From: Isurus oxyrinchus
Lineage: Eukaryota
NCBI GenBank assembly: GCA_026770705.1
Contig: JANJGN010000012.1
Location: 29,946,001 to 30,010,000, forward strand
DNA: 64,000 nucleotides
Direction of reading: 5' to 3'
A model generated the notes under the pieces. The model searched no databases, had not been told where the DNA came from, and was given only the letters and a program-made list of their open reading frames with translations. Position numbers and translations under genes: made by a program. Shown here in pieces: positions 15,201-30,200 of the stretch (positions are counted from its first letter, which is position 1; each line of letters starts with the position of its first letter).

Positions 15201-18200
15201 GCGAGTTCCAACAAAAAGTGTGACATATAAATTGTTAAAAAATCTTTCATATTTTGTTCCATTCTTTTCAATTCCCTCAAAAACATTATATCCCTTTTTC
15301 AGTCCCAGCAGCAGCAGTATCACCAACAAATAAACAGACATCCACCGCAGCACTGACCTCTACATCAGCTCCTGCCTCGACAAGTGGAACAGCGTCAACA
15401 CTCACCGCAGACTCTACTGAAGGGTCAACAACTGAAGAATCGACAATCACTACGTCACTCCCAACAACAAGTGGTGAGAAAACGAAAGCACTCTTTGCAT
15501 CCATTCCATTATGAATTCATTCAAAGTTCTGGGAGATAGAATCACGTACTCAAAAGCTATTGATACATTACAGTAGTATGCTGTTGTTATAATTTCCCAC
15601 AGTTAATGTGATATCAAACTATCTTGGTAGTCTAACGCTGCCACAATTCCTGGCCACGTTATCTTTCTTCGTGTCTTTCAGCAAACGCGAGTTCCAACGA
15701 AAAGTGGGGCACAAATTTCGTTCAAAAACTTTAATATATTGTTCCATCCATTTCATTTCCCTCAATAACATTGTATCCTTTCTTCAATCACAGTGGCACA
15801 AGCATCAACAACAAATACACAGACGTCCACAGTAGCACTGTCCGCTTCATCAGCTCCTTCCTCAACAAGTAAAATAGTACAACCATCTACAGCAAGCTCG
15901 ACAGAAACATCGACATCCGTGGCAACGACAGTGACAACCTCACCCCCGTCATCAAGTGGTGAGTAGCTGAGTGCCATCTATTCAGGTTTAACATTCTGTT
16001 TTCTTTCACCTACTGAATGTTGAGAAACAGACAATGGACTTGTAAGAAAATAATATAGCATGAAGTTGGTCATGAATATGCAGAGTAGAATAACGTGCAA
16101 ATGCCATTGTTTTGCTTAATGCTTTGCAACATGGACATTCATTACTTGCTTTGCATATCTGACGAAGAAGGGAACTTTTCAGCTATGATATAACGATGTT
16201 TTTCCAGGCATTATGTATACCCATTCAGTCTATTCTCAATTTTAATTATAGCAACTGCAGAAATTTCAACTGCAAGTACACAGACATCCACTACAGCACA
16301 AGCCATCACATCAGCTCCTGCCTCAAGTAGTACAATATCATTGACAACTGCCGGGAGCTCTACAAAAGCATCGACAACTGCAGTAACATCAATCACAACA
16401 TCACTCCCTTCAACAACTGGTGAGTATATGAGTGCTGTCTTAACACTTTGACCATCACTAATCCTTCCAGCCCACTCTGAGGTTTAAAAGACTAAATTGG
16501 AGATCTGTCAAACAATTCTAGCAAGGTGCTGGCTACAATTGCCCCAAGTAGTATAATGCGCAAATGATATTTGCTCACTACTGTTGTTTCAACATCGCAA
16601 GCTATGTTACTAATTTTCATGATCTGGGAGTTCTAAGAAGTTGATTATTTGGCCAGACTTTTAGAATGTTATTCCACACTTTTTGTGTACTCCCTTAAGC
16701 CTATCACCTATTTTAATAACAGCAGCAACAGAAACTTCAACTGCAAACACACAGACATCCACAGCAGCTGAAAGTACAATGGCACAAACTAAAGTGAGCT
16801 CCACTGAAACATCAATAACTGAAACAACAACAGCCACTACTCCATTCCCATCACCAAGTGGTGAGTATACGTAAGCACCCTTTCCAGCTATAAACTTCTC
16901 AGACCAGTCAAAAAGCAGGAATGTATAAACTCAAAGGAATGTGAGAAATTATTCCACTCGTATATTGTTGGCTAGAATGATGCATTGCACAATCGTGCTC
17001 TCATGGCTTTTGGTGTAATACCCTCAATAAAACGAGGTTCCGATATATTACTCAGGATCTTCCATTAATTTTCAGTTTTAACAAATCATAGAGCATGAAC
17101 TATGTGCAAAAGCATTGATATACTATCCATGTTCTCTGCTTACCTCGATAAAACATTGCCTGTTTGATTGTTGGCAGCAGAAACATCGTCTTCAAGTACA
17201 CAAACATTGACAGCAGCATTGACCTCTACGTCTGCTCCTCCCTCAACAAGTGGAACAGCATCAACATCCACCACAGGCTCTACTGAAGGGTCAATAACTG
17301 AAGAATCGACAATCACTACGTCCCTCCCAACAACAAGTGGTGAGAAAGCAAAAGCATTCTTTGCATCCATTCCATTATGAATTCATTCGGACTGCTGGGA
17401 GATAGAATCACGTACCCAAAATCTATTCAAACTTTACAGTAGTGTGTTGTTGTTATAATTTCCCAGAGTTAATGTTCTGTCAAATAGTCTTGGTTCAATT
17501 CCCAATTCCCAGCCATGTTATCTTTCTTCGTGTCTTTCAGCAAATGCGAGTTCCAACGAAAAGTGGGGCACAAATTTCGTTCAAAAGCTTTAATATATTG
17601 TTCCATCCATTTCAATTCCCTGAATAACATTGTATCCCTTCTTCAATCACAGCGGCACAAGCATCAACAACAAACACACAGACATCCACAGTAGCACTGA
17701 CCTCTTCATCAGCTCCTGCATCAACAATTACAATAGCACCAACATCTACAGCAAGCTCGACAGAAGCATCGACATCTGAGGCAACGACAGTGACAACCTC
17801 ACTCCCTTCATCAAGAAGTGAGTAGCCGTGTGCTCTCTAATCAGTTCTAATATTCTGATTCCTTTCACCTACTGAATGTTGAGAAACAGACAATGGACTT
17901 GTAAGAAAAGAATACAGCATGGAGTTGGTCATGAATTTGCAGAGTAGAATAACGTGCAAATGCCATTGTTTTGATTAATGCTGTGCAACATGGTCATTCA
18001 TTACTTGCTTTGCATATCTGACGAAGAAGGGAACTTTTCAGCTATGATATAATGATGTTGTTCCAGGCTTTACACTACCCATTCAGTCTATATTCAATTT
18101 TAATTATAGCAACTGCAGAAATTTCAACTGCAAGTACACAGACATCCACTACAGCACAAGCCACCACATCAGCTCCTGCCTCAAGGAGTACGATATCATC

Positions 18201-21200
18201 GACAACTGCCGGGAGCTCTACAAAAGCATCTAAAACTGCAGTAACATCAATCACAACATCAATCCCTTCAACAACTGGTGAGTATATGAGTGCTGTCTTA
18301 ACACTTTGACCATCTCTGATCCTTCCAGCCCACTCTGAGGTTTAAAAGACTAAATTGGAGATCGGTCAAACGATTCTCGCAAGGTGCTGGCTACAACTGC
18401 CCCAAATAGAATAATGCGCAGATGAGATTTGCTCAGTACTTTTATTTCAATATGGAGAGCTATGTTACTAATTTTCATGATCTGGGAGTTCTAAGATGTT
18501 GCTTATTTGGGCCAGACTTTTAGAATGTTGTTCCATGCTTTTTGAGTGCTCCCTTAAGCCTAACACCTCTTTTAATAACAGCAGCAACAGAAACTTCAAC
18601 TGCAAATACACAGACATCCACAGCAGCAGAAACCGTGACATCAGCTTCTGTCTCAACAAGTGCAACAGTACAAACTACAGTGAGCTCAACTGAAACAACA
18701 ATAACTGAAGCAAAAACAGCCACCACTCCACTCCCATCAACAAGTGGTAAGTATACAAAAGTACACTTTGCAGACATTACATTCTCAGTCCAGTCAAAAT
18801 GCAGAAATGTACAAACACTTAAAGAAATGTGAGAAATTATTCTACTCGTGTATTGTTGGCTAGAATGTTGCATTGGACAATCATACACTCGTGACATTTG
18901 GAGAAATACCCTCAGTTAAAATGAGGCTACGATACATTACTCAGGAGTTTCCATTATTTCTCAGTTTTAACAAAACATAGAGCATAACCTTTGTGCAAAA
19001 GCTTTCATATACTCCCCATGCTCTCTGCTTACCTCAATAAAACATTACCTGTTTCGACAATAGCAGCAAATACATCATCTTCAAGTACACAGACATCCAC
19101 GGCAGCACTGACCTCGACATCAGTTCCTGCCTCAACAAGTGGAACAGCATCAACATCCACCACAGGCTCTACTGAAGGGTCAACAACTGAAGAATCGACA
19201 ATCACTACATCACTCCCAACAACAAGTGGTGAGAAAACGAAAGAACTCTTTGCTACCATTTCATTACGAATTCATTCAAACTGCTGCACGATATAAACAC
19301 ATACACATAAACTATTAACACATGGCAGGAGTATCTTGTTGTGAGAATTTCCCAGTGTTCATGTTATGTGAAATGGTCTTGGAGCTCAAATGCAGTCACA
19401 ATTCCCGGCCACGTTATCTTTCTTAGTGTCATTCAGTAAATGCGAGTTCCAACAAAAAGTGTGACATATAAATTGTTAAAAAATCTTTCATATTTTGTTC
19501 CATTCTTTTCAATTCCCTCAAAAACATTATATCCCTTTTTCAGTCCCAGCAGCAGCAGTATCACCAACAAATAAACAGACATCCACCGCAGCACTGACCT
19601 CTACATCAGCTCCTGCCTCGACAAGTGGAACAGCGTCAACACTCACCGCAGACTCTACTGAAGGGTCAACAACTGCAGAATCGACAATCACTACGTCACT
19701 CCCAACAACAAGTGGTGAGAAAACGAAAGCACTCTTTGCATCCATTCCATTATGAATTCATTCAAAGTTCTGGGAGATAGAATCACGTACTCAAAAGCTA
19801 TTGATACATTACAGTAGTATGCTGTTGTTATAATTTCCCACAGTTAATGTGATATCAAACTATCTTGGTAGTCTAACGCTGCCACAATTCCTGGCCACGT
19901 TATCTTTCTTCGTGTCTTTCAGCAAACACGAGTTCCAACGAAAAGTGGGGCACAAATTTCGTTCAAAAACTTTAATATATTGTTCCATCCATTTCATTTC
20001 CCTCAATAACATTGTATCCTTTCTTCAATCACAGTGGCACAAGCATCAACAACAAATACACAGACGTCCACAGTAGCACTGTCCGCTTCATCAGCTCCTT
20101 CCTCAACAAGTAAAATAGCACAACCATCTACAGCAAGCTCGACAGAAACATCGACATCCGTGGCAACGACAGTGACAACCTCACCCCCTTCATCAAGAAG
20201 TGAGTAGCCGTGTGCTCTCTAATCAGTTCTAATATTCTGATTCCTTTCACCTACTGAATGTTGAGAAACAGACAATGGACTTGTAAGAAAAGAATGCAGC
20301 ATGGAGTTGGTCATGAATTTGCAGAGTAGAATAACGTGCAAATGCCATTGTTTTGATTAATGCTTTGCAACATGGACATTCATTACTTGCTTTGCATATC
20401 TGACGAAGAAAGGAACTTTTCACCTATGATATAATGATATTGTTCCAGGCTTTACACTACCCATTCAGTCTATATCAATTTTAATTATAGCAACTGCAGA
20501 AATTACAACTGCAAGTACACAGACATCCACTACAGCACAAGCCACCACATCAGCTCCTGCCTCAAGGAGTACGATATTATCGACAACAGCCGGGAGCTCT
20601 ACAAAATCATCGACAACTGCAGTAACATCAGTCACAACATCAATCTCTTCAACAACTGGTGAGTATATGAGTGCTGTCTTAACACTTTGACCATCTCTGA
20701 TCCTTCCAGCCCACTCTGAGGTTTAAAAGACTAAATTGGAGATCAGTCAAACGATTCTCGCAAGGTGCTGGCTACAATTGCCACAAATAGAATAATGCGC
20801 AGATGAGATTTACTCAGTACTTTTATTTCAACATGGAGAGCTATGTTACTAATTTTCATGATCTGGGAGTTCTAAGAAGTTGCTTATTTGGGCCAGACTT
20901 TTAGAATGTTGTTCCATGCTTTTTGAGTGCTCCCTTAAGCCTAACACCTCTTTGAATAACAGCAGCAACAGAAACTTCAACTGCAAATACACAGACATCC
21001 ACAGCAGCAGAAACCGTGACATCAGCTTCTGTCTCAACAAGTGCAACAGTACAAACTACAGTGAGCTCAACTGAAACAACAATAACTGAAGCAACAACAG
21101 CCACCACTCCACTCCCATCAACAAGTGGTAAGTATACAAAAGTACACTTTGCAGACATTACATTCTCAGTCCAGTCAAAATGCAGAAATGTACAAACACT

Positions 21201-24200
21201 TAAAGAAATGTGAGAAATTATTCTACTCGTGTATTGTTGGCTAGAATGATGCATTGGACAATCATACACTCGTGACATTTGGAGAAATACCCTCAGTTAA
21301 AATGAGGCTACGATACATTACTCAGGAGTTTCCATTATTTCTCAGTTTTAACAAAACATAGAGCATAACCTTTGTGCAAAAGCTTTGATATACTCCCCAT
21401 GCTCTCTGCTTACCTCAATAAAACATTACCTGTTTCGACAATAGCAGCAAATACATCATCTTCAAGTACACAGACATCCACGGCAGCACTGACCTCGACA
21501 TCAGTTCCTGCCTCGACAAGTGGAACAGCATCAACATCCACCACAGGCTCTACTGAAGGGTCAACAACTGAAGAATCGACAATCACTACATCACTCCCAA
21601 CAACAAGTGGTGAGAAAATGAAAGAACTCTTTGCTACCATTTCATTACGAATTCATTCAAACTGCTGTACGATATAAACACATACACATAAACTATTAAC
21701 ACATGGCAGGAGTATCTTGTTGTGAGAATTTCCCAGTGTTCATGTTATGTGAAATGGTCTTGGAGCTCAAATGCAGTCACAATTCCCGGACACGTTATCT
21801 TTCTTAGTGTCATTCAGTAAATGCGAGTTCCAACAAAAAGTGTGACATATAAATTGTTAAAAAATCTTTCATATTTTGTTCCATTCTTTTCAATTCCCTC
21901 AAAAACATTATATCCCTTTTTCAGTCCCAGCAGCAGCAGTATCACCAACAAATAAACAGACATCCACCGCAGCACTGACCTCTACATCAGCTCCTGCCTC
22001 GACAAGTGGAACAGCGTCAACACTCACCACAGACTCTACTGAAGGGTCAACAACTGAAGAATCGACAATCACTACGTCACTCCCAACAACAAGTGGTGAG
22101 AAAACGAAAGCACTCTTTGCATCCATTCCATTATGAATTCATTCAAAGTTCTGGGAGATAGAATCACGTACTCAAAAGCTATTGATACATTACAGTAGTA
22201 TGCTGTTGTTATAATTTCCCACAGTTAATGTGATATCAAACTATCTTGGTAGTCTAACGCTGCCACAATTCCTGGCCACGTTATCTTTCTTCGTGTCTTT
22301 CAGCAAACGCGAGTTCCAACGAAAAGTGGGGCACAAATTTCGTTCAAAAACTTTAATATATTGTTCCATCCATTTCATTTCCCTCAATAACATTGTATCC
22401 TTTCTTCAATCACAGTGGCACAAGCATCAACAACAAATACACAGACGTCCACAGTAGCACTGTCCGCTTCATCAGCTCCTTCCTCAACAAGTAAAATAGC
22501 ACAACCATCTACAGCAAGCTCGACAGAAACATCGACATCCGTGGCAACGACAGTGACAACCTCACCCCCGTCATCAAGTGGTGAGTAGCTGAGTGTCATC
22601 TATTCAGGTTTAACATTCTGTTTTCTTTCACCTACTGAATGTTGAGAAACAGACAATGGACTTGTAAGAAAATAATATAGCATGAAGTTGGTCATGAATA
22701 TGCAGAGTAGAATAATGTGCAAATGCCATTGTTTTGCTTAATGCTTTGCAACATGGACATTCATTACTTGCTTTGCATATCTGACGAAGAAGGGAACTTT
22801 TCAGCTATGATATAACGATGTTTTTCCAGGCATTATGTATACCCATTCAGTCTATTCTCAATTTTAATTATAGCAACTGCAGAAATTTCAACTGCAAGTA
22901 CACAGACATCCACTACAGCACAAGCCATCACATCAGCTCCTGCCTCAAGTAGTACAATATCATTGACAACTGCCGGGAGCTCTACAAAAGCATCGACAAC
23001 TGCAGTAACATCAATCACAACATCACTCCCTTCAACAACTGGTGAGTATATGAGTGCTGTCTTAACACTTTGACCATCACTAATCCTTCCAGCCCACTCT
23101 GAGGTTTAAAAGACTAAATTGGAGATCTGTCAAACAATTCTAGCAAGGTGCTGGCTACAATTGCCCCAAGTAGTATAATGCGCAAATGATATTTGCTCAC
23201 TACTGTTGTTTCAACATCGCAAGCTATGTTACTAATTTTCATGATCTGGGAGTTCTAAGAAGTTGATTATTTGGCCAGACTTTTAGAATGTTATTCCACA
23301 CTTTTTGTGTACTCCCTTAAGCCTATCACCTATTTTAATAACAGCAGCAACAGAAACTTCAACTGCAAACACACAGACATCCACAGCAGCTGAAAGTACA
23401 ATGGCACAAACTAAAGTGAGCTCCACTGAAACATCAATAACTGAAACAACAACAGCCACTACTCCATTCCCATCACCAAGTGGTGAGTATACGTAAGCAC
23501 CCTTTCCAGCTATAAACTTCTCAGACCAGTCAAAAAGCAGGAATGTATAAACTCAAAGGAATGTGAGAAATTATTCCACTCGTATATTGTTGGCTAGAAT
23601 GATGCATTGCACAATCGTGCTCTCATGGCTTTTGGTGTAATACCCTCAATAAAACGAGGTTCCGATATATTACTCAGGATCTTCCATTAATTTTCAGTTT
23701 TAACAAATCATAGAGCATGAACTATGTGCAAAAGCATTGATATACTATCCATGTTCTCTGCTTACCTCGATAAAACATTGCCTGTTTGATTGTTGGCAGC
23801 AGAAACATCGTCTTCAAGTACACAAACATTGACAGCAGCATTGACCTCTACGTCTGCTCCTCCCTCAACAAGTGGAACAGCATCAACATCCACCACAGGC
23901 TCTACTGAAGGGTCAATAACTGAAGAATCGACAATCACTACGTCCCTCCCAACAACAAGTGGTGAGAAAGCAAAAGCATTCTTTGCATCCATTCCATTAT
24001 GAATTCATTCGGACTGCTGGGAGATAGAATCACGTACCCAAAATCTATTCAAACTTTACAGTAGTGTGTTGTTGTTATAATTTCCCAGAGTTAATGTTCT
24101 GTCAAATAGTCTTGGTTCAATTCCCAATTCCCAGCCATGTTATCTTTCTTCGTGTCTTTCAGCAAATGCGAGTTCCAACGAAAAGTGGGGCACAAATTTT

Positions 24201-27200
24201 GTTCAAAAGCTTTAATATATTGTTCCATCCATTTCAATTCCCTGAATAACATTGTATCCCTTCTTCAATCACAGCGGCACAAGCATCAACAACAAACACA
24301 CAGACATCCACAGTAGCACTGACCTCTTCATCAGCTCCTGCATCAACAATTACAATAGCACCAACATCTACAGCAAGCTCGACAGAAGCATCGACATCTG
24401 AGGCAACGACAGTGACAACCTCACTCCCTTCATCAAGAAGTGAGTAGCCGTGTGCTCTCTAATCAGTTCTAATATTCTGATTCCTTTCACCTACTGAATG
24501 TTGAGAAACAGACAATGGACTTGTAAGAAAAGAATACAGCATGGAGTTGGTCATGAATTTGCAGAGTAGAATAACGTGCAAATGCCATTGTTTTGATTAA
24601 TGCTGTGCAACATGGACATTCATTACTTGCTTTGCATATCTGACGAAGAAAGGAACTTTTCAGCTATGATATAATGATGTTGTTCCAGGCTTTACACTAC
24701 CCATTCAGTCTATATTCAATTTTAATTATAGCAACTGCAGAAATTTCAACTGCAAGTACACAGACATCCACTACAGCACAAGCCACCACATCAGCTCCTG
24801 CCTCAAGGAGTACGATATCATCGACAACTGCCGGGAGCTCTACAAAAGCATCTAAAACTGCAGTAACATCAATCACAACATCAATCCCTTCAACAACTGG
24901 TGAGTATATGAGTGCTGTCTTAACACTTTGACCATCTCTGATCCTTCCAGCCCACTCTGAGGTTTAAAAGACTAAATTGGAGATCGGTCAAACGATTCTC
25001 GCAAGGTGCTGGCTACAACTGCCCCAAATAGAATAATGCGCAGATGAGATTTGCTCAGTACTTTTATTTCAATATGGAGAGCTATGTTACTAATTTTCAT
25101 GATCTGGGAGTTCTAAGATGTTGCTTATTTGGGCCAGACTTTTAGAATGTTGTTCCATGCTTTTTGAGTGCTCCCTTAAGCCTAACACCTCTTTTAATAA
25201 CAGCAGCAACAGAAACTTCAACTGCAAATACACAGACATCCACAGCAGCAGAAACCGTGACATCAGCTTCTGTCTCAACAAGTGCAACAGTACAAACTAC
25301 AGTGAGCTCAACTGAAACAACAATAACTGAAGCAACAACAGCCACCACTCCGCTCCCATCAACACGTGGTAAGTATACAAAAGTACACTTTGCATACATT
25401 ACATTCTCAGTCCAGTCAAAATGCAGAAATGTACAAACACTTAAAGAAATGTGAGAAATTATTCTACTCGTGTATTGTTGGCTAGAATGATGCATTGGAC
25501 AATCATACACTCGTGACATTTGGTGAAATGCCCTCAGTTAAAATGAGGCTACGATACATTACTCAGGAGCTTCCATTATTTCTCAGTTTGTACAAATCAT
25601 AGAGCATAATCTTTGTGCAAACGCTTTGATATACTCCCCATGCTCTCTGCTTACCTCAATAAAACATTGCCTGTTTCGACGATAGCAGCAGATACATCAT
25701 CTTCAAGTACACAGACGTCCACGGCAGCACTGACCTCTACATCAGTTCCTGCCTCGACAAGTGGAACAGCATCAACATCCACCACAGGCTCTACTGAAGG
25801 GTCAACAACTGAAGAATCGACAATCACTACATCACTCCCAACAAAAAGTGGTGAGAAAATGAAAGAACTCTTTGCTACCATTTCATTACGAATTCATTCA
25901 AACTGCTGCACGATATAAACACGTACACATAAACTATTAACATATGACAGGAGTATGTTGTTTTGAGAATTTCCTACTGTTCATGTTATGTGAAATGGTC
26001 TTGCAGCTTAAATGCAGTCACAATTCCCGGCCACGTTATCTTTCTTAGTGTCTTTCAGTAAATGCGAGTTCCAACAATAAGTGTGACATATAAATTGTTA
26101 AAAAATCTTTCATATTTTGTTCCATTCTTTTCAATTCCCTCAAAAACATTATATCCCTTTTTCAGTCCCAGCAGCAGCAGTATCACCAACAAATAAACAG
26201 ACATCCACCGCAGCACTGACCTCTACATCAGCTCCTGCCTCGACAAGTGGAACAGCGTCAACACTCACCGCAGACTCTACTGAAGGGTCAACAACTGAAG
26301 AATTGACAATCACTACGTCACTCCCAACAACAAGTGGTGAGAAAACGAAAGCACTCTTTGCATCCATTCCATTATGAATTCATTCAAAGTTCTGGGAGAT
26401 AGAATCACGTACTCAAAAGCTATTGATACATTACAGTAGTATGCTGTTGTTATAATTTCCCACAGTTAATGTGATATCAAACTATCTTGGTAGTCTAACG
26501 CTGCCACAATTCCTGGCCACGTTATCTTTCTTCGTGTCTTTCAGCAAACGCGAGTTCCAACGAAAAGTGCGGCACAAATTTCGTTTAAAAACTTTAATAT
26601 ATTGTGCCATCCATTTCATTTCCCTCAATAACATTGTATCCTTTCTTCAATCACAGTGGCACAAGCATCAACAACAAATACACAGACGTCCACAGTAGCA
26701 CTGTCCGCTTCATCAGCTCCTTCCTCAACAAGTAAAATAGCACAACCATCTACAGCAAGCTCGACAGAAACATCGACATCCGTGGCAACGACAGTGACAA
26801 CCTCACCCCCGTCATCAAGTGGTGAGTAGCTGAGTGCCATCTATTCAGGTTTAACATTCTGTTTTCTTTCACCTACTGAATGTTGAGAAACAGACAATGG
26901 ACTTGTAAGAAAATAATATAGCATGAAGTTGGTCATGAATATGCAGAGTAGAATAACGTGCAAATGCCATTGTTTTGCTTAATGCTTTGCAACATGGACA
27001 TTCATTACTTGCTTTGCATATCTGACGAAGAAGGGAACTTTTCAGCTATGATATAACGATGTTTTTCCAGGCATTATGTATACCCATTCAGTCTATTCTC
27101 AATTTTAATTATAGCAACTGCAGAAATTTCAACTGCAAGTACACAGACATCCACTACAGCACAAGCCATCACATCAGCTCCTGCCTCAAGTAGTACAATA

Positions 27201-30200
27201 TCATTGACAACTGCCGGGAGCTCTACAAAAGCATCGACAACTGCAGTAACATCAATCACAACATCACTCCCTTCAACAACTGGTGAGTATATGAGTGCTG
27301 TCTTAACACTTTGACCATCACTAATCCTTCCAGCCCACTCTGAGGTTTAAAAGACTAAATTGGAGATCGGTCAAACAATTCTAGCAAGGTGCTGGCTACA
27401 ATTGCCCCAAGTAGTATAATGCGCAAATGATATTTGCTCACTACTGTTGTTTCAACATCGCAAGCTATGTTACTAATTTTCATGATCTGGGAGTTCTAAG
27501 AAGTTGATTACTTGGCCAGACTTTTAGAATGTTATTCCACACTTTTTGTGTACTCCCTTAAGCCTATCACCTATTTTAATAACAGCAGCAACAGAAACTT
27601 CAACTGCAAACACACAGACATCCACAGCAGCTGAAAGTACAATAGCACAAACTACAGTGAGCTCCACTGAAACATCAATAACTGAAACAACAACAGCCAC
27701 TACTCCATTCCCATCACCAAGTGGTGAGTATACGTAAGCACCCTTTCCAGCTATAAACTTCTCAGACCAGTCAAAACGCAGGAATGTATAAACACAAAGG
27801 AATGTGAGAAATTATTCCACTCGTATATTGTTGGCTAGAATGATGCATTGCACAATCGTGCTTTCATGGCTTTTGGTGTAATACCCTCAATAAAACGAGG
27901 TTCTGATATATTACTCAGGATCTTCCATTAATTTTCAGTTTTAACAAATCATAGAGCATGAACTATGTGCAAAAGCATTGATATACTATCCATGTTCTCT
28001 GCTTACCTCGATAAAACATTGCCTGTTTGATTGTTGGCAGCAGAAACATCGTCTTCAAGTACACAAACATTGACGGCAGCATTGACCTCTACGTCTGCTC
28101 CTCCCTCAACAAGTGGAACAGCACCAACATCCACCACAGGCTCTACTGAAGGGTCAATAACTGAAGAATCGACAATCACTACGTCCCTCCCAACAACAAG
28201 TGGTGAGAAAGCAAAAGCATTCTTTGCATCCATTCCATTATGAATTCATTCGGACTGCTGGGAGATAGAATCACGTACCCAAAATCTATTCAAACTTTAC
28301 AGTAGTATGTTGTTGTTATAATTTCCCACAGTTAATGTTCTGTCAAATAGTCTTGGTACAATTCCCAATTCCCAGCCACGTTATCTTTCTTCGTGTCTTT
28401 CAGCAAATGCGAGTTCCAACGAAAAGTGGGGCACAAATTTCGTTCAAAAGCTTTAATATATTGTTCCATCCATTTCAATTCCCTGAATAACATTGTACCC
28501 CTTCTTCAATCACAGTGGCACAAGCATCAACAACAAACACACAGATATCCACAGTAGCACTGACATCTTCATCAGCTCCTGCATCAACAAATACAATAGC
28601 ACGAACATCTACAGCAAGCTCGACAGAAGCATCGACATCTGAGGCAACGACAGTGACAACCTCACTCCCTTCATCAAGTAGTGAGTAGCCGTGTGCTCTC
28701 TAATCAGTTCTAATATTCTGATTCCTTTCACCTACTGAATGTTGAGAAACAGACAATGGACTTGTAAGAAAAGAATACAGCATGGAGTTGGTCATGAATT
28801 TGCAGAGTAGAATAACGTGCAAATGCCATTGTTTTGATTAATGCTTTGCAACATGGACATTCATTACTTGCTTTGCATATCTGACGAAGAAAGGAACTTT
28901 TCAGCTATGATATAATGATGTTGTTCCAGGCTTTACACTACCCATTTAGTCTATATTCAATTTTAATTATAGCAACTGCAGAAATTTCAACTGCAAGTAC
29001 ACAGACATCCACTACAGCACAAGCCACCACATCAGCTCCTGCCTCAAGGAGTACGATATCATCGACAACTGCCGGGAGCTCTACAAAAGCATCGACAACG
29101 GCAGTAACATCAATCACAACATCAATCCCTTCAACAACTGGTGAGTATATGAGTGCTGTCTTAACACTTTGACCATCTCTGATCCTTCCAGCCCACTCTG
29201 AGGTTTAAAAGACTAAATTGGAGATCGGTCAAACGATTCTCGCAAGGTGCTGGCTACAATTGCCACAAATAGAATAATGCGCAGATGAGATTTGCTCAGT
29301 ACTTTTATTTCAACATTGAGAGCTATGTTACTAATTTTCATGATTTGGGAGTTCTAAGAAGTTGCTTATTTGGGCCAGACTTTTAGAATGTTGTTCCATG
29401 CTTTTTGAGTGCTCCCTTAAGCCTAACACCTCTTTTAATAACAGCAGCAACAGAAACTTCAACTGCAAATACACAGACATCCACAGCAGCAGAAACCGTG
29501 ACATCAGCTTCTGTCTCAACAGGTGCAACAGTACAAACTACAGTGAGCTCAACTGAAACAACAATAACTGAAGCAACAACAGCCACCACTCCACTCCCAT
29601 CAACAAGTGGTAAGTATACAAAAGTACACTTTGCAGACATTACATTCTCAGTCCAGTCAAAATGCAGAAATGTACAAACACTTAAAGAAATGTGAGAAAT
29701 TATTCTACTCGTGTATTGTTGGCTAGGATGATGCATTGGACAATCATACACTCGTGACATTTAGTGAAATACCCTCAGTTAAAATGAGGCTACGATACAT
29801 TACTCAGGAGCTTCCATTATTTCTCAGTTTTAACAAAACATAGAGCATAACCTTTGTGCAAAAGCTTTGATATACTCCCCATGCTCTCTGCTTACCTCAA
29901 TAAAACATTACCTGTTTCGACGATAGCAGCAGATACATCATCTTCAAATACACAGACATCCACGGCAGCACTGACCTCGACATCAGTTCCTGCCTCGACA
30001 AGTGGAACAGCATCACCATCCACCACAGGCTCTACTGAAGGGTCAACAACTGAAGAATCGACAATCACTACATCACTCCCAACAACAAGTGGTGAGAAAA
30101 TGAAAGAACTCTTTGCTACCATTTCATTACGAATTCATTCAAACTGCTGCACGATATAAACACGTACACTTAAACTATTAACACATGACAGGAGTATCTT

